A program made the position numbers and the translations under genes. A stretch of 64,000 nt of DNA from Macrostomum lignano (Eukaryota), in contig NIVC01000038.1 in the NCBI GenBank assembly GCA_002269645.1, positions 1 through 64,000 of the forward strand, in the 5' to 3' direction. A model generated the notes under the pieces. That model worked only from the letters and a program-made list of their open reading frames with translations. It did not search any database and was not told the origin of the DNA. Shown here piece after piece: positions 56,997-64,000 of this stretch. Position 1 is the first letter of the stretch; each line of letters begins with the position of its first letter.

Positions 56997-58005
56997 CAAA
57001 TTGCTGTGCCAGTCTCCCAGATCCCCAGTTGCTGGGCCAGCCTTCCAGATTCTCAGTTGCTGGGCCAGCCTCCCAGATCCTCAGTTACTGGGCCACCAGC
57101 CTCCCAGATCCTCAGTTGCTGTGCCAGTCTCCCAGATCCCCAGTTGCTGGGCCAGCCTTCCAGATTCTCAGTTGCTGGGCCAGCCTTCCAGATCCTCAGT
57201 TACTGGGTCACCAGCCTCCCAGATCCTCAGTTGCTGTGCCAGCCTCCCAGATCCTCAGTTGCTGGGCCAGCCTTCCAGATCCTCAGTTGCTGTGCCAGCC
57301 TCCCAGATCCTCAGTTGCTGGGCCACCAGCCTCCCAGATCCTCAGTTGCTGGGCCAGCCTTCCAGATCCTCAGTTGCTGGGCCACCAGCCTCCCAGATCC
57401 TCAGTTTCTGGGCCAGTCTCCCAGATCCCCAGTTACTGGGCCAGCCTTCTCTCAGTTGCTGGGCCAGCCTCCCAGATCCTCAGTTACTGGGCCACCAGCC
57501 TCCCAGATCCTCAGTTGCTGTGCCAGCCTCCCAGATCCTCAGTTGCTGGGCCAGCCTTCCAGATCCTCAGTTGCTGGGCCACCAGCCTCCCAGATCCTCA
57601 GTTGCTGGGCCACCAGCCTCCCAGATCCTCAGTTGCTGGGCCACCAGCCTCCCAGATCCTCAGTTGCTGGGCCACCAGCCTTCCAGATCCTCAGTTGAAG
57701 GGCCACCAGCCTCCCAGATCCTCAGTTGCTGTGCCAGCCTCCCAGATCCTCAGTTGCTGGGCCAGCCTTCCAGATCCTCAGTTGCTGGGCCACCAGCCTC
57801 CCAGATCCTCAGTTGCTGGGCCACCAGCCTCCCAGATCCTCAGTTGCTGGGCCACCAGCCTCCCAGATCCTCAGTTGCTGGGCCACCAGCCTTCCAGATC
57901 CTCAGTTGAAGGGCCACCAGCCTCCCAGATCCTCAGTTGCTGGGCCAGCCTCCCAGATCCTCAGTTGCTGGGCCAGCCTCCCAGATACTCCGTTGCTGGG
58001 CCAGC
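56997..58005. repeat. 28/31-bp minisatellite (cctcccagatcctcagttgctgggcca[cca]g), ~33 copies
   Basis: Explains the four overlapping ORFs at 56950-58091. Confidence 0.96.
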
Positions 58006-58694
58006 ACCCCGGATCAACAAGTGGTAGCTTTAACTCCACTCTAGCCATTCTAGCCATAAATCTCCACTCTCTCCTCACCAGTTTAAGTTAGAGCTTTGTG
58101 ACGCAACTTGCATCACCTACAGTTTGGGCGAGAACTTCTAGCGTGTGTTAATTGAGTCAATTGGTTCGAAGAGGAAAGTGAAGATAAAAGAATTCATCCG
58201 TTTTCTAAGACTATCAAATAAGTTCTAAGTTATCAATGATAAACATTCCGTCATTATTCATTGCCATGCAGTTTCAATAGGTGTTAAATCAAAAGTACAC
58301 GGCTAACTTTATTGCAGAAATGTTTGAGTGTGTTGTGTACTCCTTATAATCAGACCATTTTCCGCGTAAATATTGTTTTTTTAATAAGTTAGAGAACAGT
58401 GAGTCAGCAGCCATTTACCCCCCTCTTTCAATGCTCAACTAGCTTTAAGTGTGGAGGTCAAAATTCGTTGTCTGTATTGAAAGCCGATAAAAACAAGGGG
58501 TGGGTGCGGAATGCTAATTGAGGCTATTTTTAGTGTATATAGTTTTACAGTCAGCCAGTCAATACAACTGCAAAACCCCCCACCCTCCACCCAAGTCCAG
58601 AAATCTTACTCTAGCCTGTCATTTGGTTAAGACCCCCGTAGGGCTTTGGCTGCCACACCCTCCTCTTAGTATTGGGGTGGAGATCGCAGCCACG

Positions 58695-58840
58695 TCAGCC
58701 AATCAGCGAGCTCCGCGGCCTCAAACCCTTCTTACCCTTTAGGCCTTATTTTGGCTCGCTGAATCACCCCACCAGCTTGAAATCTCTTACCCTCCCCGTC
58801 TGCCGATTGGCTGTGGAATTGAGCTTCGCAGTCTATAAAT
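58695..58840 (+). promoter_or_regulatory. Core promoter of the KKDYGYG gene
   Basis: TATAAA at 58834-58839, 114 nt above the ATG; CCAAT boxes at ~58699 (agccaatcag) and ~58805 (gattggc, reverse). Confidence 0.65.
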
Positions 58841-58947
58841 ACTGACCAGCATGACGCACAAATTATCTCACTATCATTCATTTATTCAATTAACTGTACT
58901 TTCGCGCCTAATTAATTAATATTGCGTCTTGATTTACTGCACCAATA

Positions 58948-59829
58948 ATGCGTCTGGTTGTGCTATTCGCCTTGGCCACAGTGGCCCTAGCCGGCGGCTA
59001 CAATAGTCGCGAGGACTACGAGAAGCTCTATTACAAAGACGATTACAAATATCCAGTAGCAACTTATGGTAGCTACAAGACCTACGACAAGAAGGACGAC
59101 GGCTACGGCAAGAAGGACTACGGCTACGGCAAGAAGGACTACGGCTATGACAAGAAGGGCTACGGCGAGAAGGATTACGGCTACGGCGAGAAGGATTACG
59201 GCTACGGCAAGAAGGATTACGGCTATGGCAAGAAGGATTACGGCTACGGCAAGAAGGACTACGGCTATGGCAAGAAGGATTACGGCTACGGCAAGAAGGA
59301 TTACGGCTACGGCAAGAAGGATTACGGCTACGGCAAGAAGGATTACGGCTACGGCAAGAAGGATTACGGCTACGGCAAGAAGGATTACGGCTATGACAAG
59401 AATGACTATGGCTACGGCAAGAAGGACTATGGCTATGGCAAGAAGGACTATGGCTACGGCAAGAAGGATTACGGCTACGGCAAGAAGGATTACGGCTACG
59501 GCGAGAAGGATTACGGCTACGGCAAGAAGGATTACGGCTACGGCGAGAAGGATTACGGCTACGGCAAGAAGGATTACGGTTACGGCAAGAAGGATTACGG
59601 CTACGGCGAGAAGGATTACGGCTACGGCAAGAAGGATTACGGCTACGGCAAGAAGGATTACGGCTACGGCAAGAAGGATTACGGCTATGCCAAGGACTAC
59701 GGTTACGACTACAGCGATTACTATGGCGATTACTATCCTGGCTATGCCGATATCTACGGCTACAACGATTATTACGGCGGCTACGACAAGGCGTACGGCT
59801 ACGGCAGCAAAAAGAGCTACCGAAAGTGA
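58948..59829 (+). CDS. Secreted Tyr/Gly/Lys/Asp-rich repeat protein, ~29 x KKDYGYG, 293 aa (eggshell/adhesive-like candidate)
   Basis: Signal peptide MRLVVLFALATVALAG; non-repetitive Tyr-rich N- and C-flanks in the same frame. Variation between 21-bp units is mostly at third codon positions (tac/tat, gac/gat, ggc/ggt); TATA box upstream. Confidence 0.9.
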   Translation: MRLVVLFALATVALAGGYNSREDYEKLYYKDDYKYPVATYGSYKTYDKKDDGYGKKDYGYGKKDYGYDKKGYGEKDYGYGEKDYGYGKKDYGYGKKDYGYGKKDYGYGKKDYGYGKKDYGYGKKDYGYGKKDYGYGKKDYGYGKKDYGYDKNDYGYGKKDYGYGKKDYGYGKKDYGYGKKDYGYGEKDYGYGKKDYGYGEKDYGYGKKDYGYGKKDYGYGEKDYGYGKKDYGYGKKDYGYGKKDYGYAKDYGYDYSDYYGDYYPGYADIYGYNDYYGGYDKAYGYGSKKSYRK

Positions 59830-60108
59830 ACAGTTGCTGTGCGAACTCCATTTTAATAGTAGATTAGCGCGTTTGCTAAGTTAAATTGTCGATCGAACCG
59901 TTTATTTAGCAATTTTGTTTTTGAAAATATAAACCCTATGCTATAAACTTAAGCTTTCTGTTGTCTTGGTCTTCAATTTTTAAAACTATAGCGAGAGTGC
60001 TTACGAGTAATAGAGCTTGGGAAATAATATCTCATAGAATATCAATATTGATTCGTTGAGCTTTTGAAAGCTCTATACAGTATTTATATATCTATAAAGC
60101 TATATACT

Positions 60109-62764
60109 CCCGACCGAAAATATTTGTCCTTTCAAAAACAGTAAGTGTGCCAGTTGTGCCACAAATATGCCCTTTGACAGAGTTATAAATGTCTTTGTAT
60201 GTCATATTTGGCACACTTGATACAATTGTACCAATTGTGCCGTAGCTATGCCATTTGGCACAGTTTGTAAATGTCGATGTATGTCCTATTTGGCACACTT
60301 GACACAAATAGTATTTTTACTGCTAATTGGCCAATGAAACCAATTGGCACACTTGGCACACTTGCTACAATTGTGCCAGTTGTGCCACAGCTATACCATT
60401 TAGCACAGTTATAAATGTCTTTGTATGTTCTATTTGGCACACCTGGCACAAATAACCTTTTTATAGCAAATTCCCCTTGGAAACCATTTGGCACACTTGG
60501 CGCACTTACTACAAGTGTACCAGTTGTGCCACAGCTATACTATTTGATACAGTTATATAACTGTCTTGGACTGTCCTTGGCACACTTGGCACGAATATCC
60601 TTTTTATAGCTAATTGGTTATTAAAACAGACTGGCACACTTGGCACACTTGCTACAATTGTACCAGTTGTGCCACAGCTATGACATTTGGCACAGTTATA
60701 TGTCTTTGTCCTTCTTGGCACACTTGGCTCAAATAACCTTTTTTATTGCTAATTACCTAACAAAACTGTTTGACGCACACCCGGTGCAACTTGCACTGAG
60801 GCTGCGACGTCAGTAGCTTCGATTTTGGCAGATGACCGGCAGGTTTTCACTCCCAACTTGCGGCATGATCTGCTCAGACGCTCGAAAATGGCGCAACCGC
60901 GTTTGATTGACGCCATTACAAAAGAACTAAAGCAGCAGATCACGCAGCATCTCGCCGTCCATCTAGATCAGCTCGTGGACCCAGCCGTCACAGTTGACAA
61001 CATGCTGGTCGACGACAATGGAAAGAAATTATACATGTACTACGGTAAGAAATTAATAGTCCTTCATTTATGATCGCGCAAATATCCTATTGTTACTCTC
61101 AAACGCTCTTCAATCCTTAAAAAACACCTCTGCAGCCAATCGGTTTCGCCTTTACGTCCAACGTCGCTTGGACCAGGGTCACGGCCAGTAAGGATATATC
61201 AAGAACCAACGACTCCGGCAAACCTCAATGCACTTCTCCGCAAGATGGTGCGGGGGTGCTTCAGCGACGACGAGATTTTGGTAACGTCGTTGAGCGGTCG
61301 CGCTACTGAGCCTGGTCGGCCACGCCTGCTACCTGGCTGGAATCGACATCCCAACCAATGAAAGCGATTGAAAAGGCCTACGTCCGATGCTCCATCACCA
61401 TCCATGCTCCATGCTCCATCTCCAGCGTGAAAAGCAATCCGGACGTTTGCCTGTAAAGAAACTTCGTCAAGGTGCGGCTGCCAATGTCACTGACACTGTG
61501 CAGTCGGAGGCGGCTAATGCACTCGCGAGGACTGAGCGCGGGATATCTGCTGTTGCATCTAGCAAAACTAAACTTGTTTGGCAGATGCGGGACCCGTCTA
61601 GCTTGGTCTGTCTCCCTCATGTTTCTGGTTTTGTTTTCCCCTGGAAATATGCTCTTTCCCACATAAAGTAACCAACTACATTACTATAGTTAGTTCCAGG
61701 CTCGTAAATTGCAATAGCACCAGGAATCAGACTTGTTGTCTAACTAGAAAAGTATAGGGGAACAGAGGTATTGGAGTTGGTTTCACTAATTGCTTGTTTT
61801 TTGTCTAGTTGTTTGTTTGTGCTTTTTAAATTAAAACATTATTAGATGTATACATGTTGTTACATTAAAATCCTGTGCCACGTGTAGTCGACTCAGTAGT
61901 TAATTTGTTACATTGCATGTTTTAGTTTCAATGTATTAGAAAAGTAAACTCTTTGGCTGGCACCACAATTTTCATGCACCGCGCTTTTTAATTACGTTGT
62001 TTTTTGTTTCCTGTCCAATGTCCGCTGTCTGTTATGTTTCTTTCCGTTAACTTCTAGTATGCATTTTTTAATTCCGCAGCCTCCCCTTTTTCCTGGTTTA
62101 TACATGTTTTTTGTCCTATTGCTACTTCCCATTAAATATATACGTATTTATGCAACATCCCTTTTTCCAACTGTTTTAATCTGTTTATGTTCGCGCTCAA
62201 CATTATTTTAAAGTTTAATTTACATTGACAACTCTTTTCAATTTGTCTTCCCTCATTTAAACATGAGAAGGACTTCTCGCAAAATCTTAGCTACTTCATA
62301 CATACACTTCATAACTCGTAGTTGACTAACGGGTCAACTATAACAGCATCAGATAGCATATTATGCGCTTAGTTCAACTGCTTTAAACTGCAATTCACTC
62401 GTCTGGAGAATTTACGCCAAATGGCACAGTACGCGCTAGTTTAACTGCTTCTAGCTGCACATTTACTCGTATGGTGCCAAATGGTACATTTATGGCACAG
62501 TTGTGCACAATTATAAGCATTCAAAAATAGCTGAGACAACTGGCACAGTTGTGGCACAGCAGTGCACAATTAAAAATTTGATTCTTAATTGTGTCACATG
62601 TGCCAATTGGCACAGCTTGGCACAGTTATATTTGTGCCAAGCTGTGCCACCAATTGTCGATTCTCACAAATTTCGTGTCGTTTCGACAGTTATTTTGGGA
62701 TTCCCCCCAGTTCATTTTTTATGTGCTATTTGACGCATTTAAAGAACAATTATTTCCGGTCGGG
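60109..62764. mobile_element. Non-autonomous CACTA/EnSpm-like (CMC) DNA transposon, 2656 bp
   Basis: TIRs CCCGACCGAAAATATTTGTCCTTTCAA / rc CCCGACCGGAAATAATTGTTCTTTAAA (23/27); 2-bp TSD CT (60107-60108, 62765-62766). Dense subterminal TGGCACA/TGTGCCA repeats at 60136-60750 and 62415-62650. Confidence 0.75.
60888..61671 (+). pseudogene. Decayed spliced ORF inside the transposon, possible BEN domain
   Basis: aaaATGG at 60888; exon to 61044 (G|GTAAGA); acceptor ctgcag| at 61135. Downstream frameshifted segments LLRKMVRGCFSDDEILVTSLSGR...RPRL and MKAIEKAYVR...KKLRQ resemble the BEN consensus. Confidence 0.4.
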
Positions 62765-62949
62765 CTAGCTAATTTAGGGTTACTTGCAATTGATTGCTTT
62801 TTTAAATGACACAAACTAACGCTTTTACATGTAAGAAGAAGCTTTGATGACAAGTTTGTTTTATATTTCGAGTATACTTCAAATTCATGCACTTTTTAAC
62901 CAGCTAATTACTCTTAGTTACCTGGGCACAGAAAGGCATGTTACACCTA

Positions 62950-63898
62950 AATGAGCTCCTCGAGATGACGAGATCCCAGACACCAATGAGCACCCAGACA
63001 CCACAATGAGCTCCTCGAGACACCAGTATGAGCTCCTCGAGACAGCATAATAAGCTCCAAGACACCATAATGAGCTCCCAGACACCAGAATGAGCTCTAT
63101 GACACCACAATGAGCTCCCAGACACCACAATGAGCTTCCAGACACCACAATGAGCTTCCAGACACCAAAGTGAGCTTCCAGACACCACAATGAGCTCCCA
63201 GACACCGGAGTGAGCTTCCAGACACCACAATGAGCTTTCAGACACCAAAGTGAGCTTCCAGACACCACAATGAGCTTCCAGACATCAAAGTGAGCTTCCA
63301 GACACCAAAATGAGCTCCCAGACACCGGAGTGAGCTTCCAGACACCACAATGAGCTTTCAGACACCACAATGAGCTCCCAGACACCGAAGTGAGTTTGCA
63401 GACACCACAATGAGCTCCCAGACACCGAAGTGAGTTTGCAGACACCACAATGAGCTCCCAGACACCGAAGTGAGTTTGCAGACACCACAATGAGCTCCCA
63501 GACACCGAAGTGAGTTTGCAGACACCACAATGAGCTCCCAGACACCGAAGTGAGTTTGCAGACACCGCAATGAGCTCCCAGACACCACAATAAGCCTTAT
63601 GCCACCAGAAAGAGCTCCCAGACACCACAATAAGCCTTGTGACACCAGAAAGAGCTTCCAGACACCAAAATGAGCTTTATGACACCAGAATGAGCTCCCA
63701 GGCACCACAACAAGCTCGCAGACACCACAATGAGCACCTAAGACACCACAATGAGCACCCAAGACACCACAATGAGCACCCAGACACCACAATGAGCTCC
63801 CAGACACCACAATGAGCTCCCAGACACTGAGACACCACAATGAGCTCCCAGACACCACAATGAGCTCCCAGACACTGAGACACCACAATGAGCTCCCA
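62950..63898. repeat. 20-bp minisatellite (gacaccacaatgagctccca), ~47 copies, with local 40-bp dimer
   Basis: Exact period 20; dimer gacaccgaagtgagtttgca+gacaccacaatgagctccca at ~63380-63580. Confidence 0.97.
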
Positions 63899-64000
63899 CA
63901 CTTCAAAATGAGTGTAATTTCCCACCGAGTCAATGCTTTCCACAAACCAAAATCCAGTTGACTGGTTTTAGAACTCCCCGTCTGAACCAATGGCATGCAT

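Noticed and set aside
56950-58091. 230-344 aa Pro/Ser/Gln-rich ORFs
   Set aside because: All three plus frames are open because of the minisatellite; the 28/31-bp units do not preserve frame.
58934-59884. Antisense (CRSRNPS)n and +1 frame (ARRITAT)n ORFs as overlapping genes
   Set aside because: By-products of the 21-bp repeat; third-position variation, signal peptide and TATA box support only the KKDYGYG frame.
62904-63996. Minus-strand ORFs (VSGSSLWCL...)
   Set aside because: Translations of the 20-bp minisatellite.

Overview
This is eukaryotic (metazoan) genomic DNA with GT-AG introns and no prokaryotic features. It probably comes from an invertebrate, possibly a free-living flatworm such as Macrostomum; that is an inference from the TTAGGG motifs, a cox1-like fragment and an eggshell-like protein. 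(1) 2.9-28.5 kb holds a cluster of eight paralogues of a two-exon gene for a small secreted WSC + PAN/apple-like protein. Three are intact, one has a frameshifted signal peptide and four are pseudogenes. The cluster is interrupted by a full-length Ty3/Gypsy LTR element, a 5'-truncated LINE and a SINE-like remnant. (2) 29.0-41.8 kb is a head-to-tail array of eight non-autonomous Helitron-like elements, followed by a mariner element with an intact transposase ORF. (3) 44-55 kb holds two conserved genes head-to-head: ZBBX-like (8 coding exons, 790 aa, minus strand) and MOSPD1-like (2 coding exons, 260 aa, plus strand). It also has a cox1 NUMT inside an intronic minisatellite, a hAT MITE and a CpG-depleted, TpA-enriched domain. 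(4) 55-64 kb holds several minisatellites, a single-exon secreted (KKDYGYG)n Tyr/Gly/Lys-rich protein, and a 2.66-kb CACTA/EnSpm-like element carrying a decayed spliced ORF with a possible BEN domain. All splice models, termini and motif matches were worked out by eye; no database searches were run.
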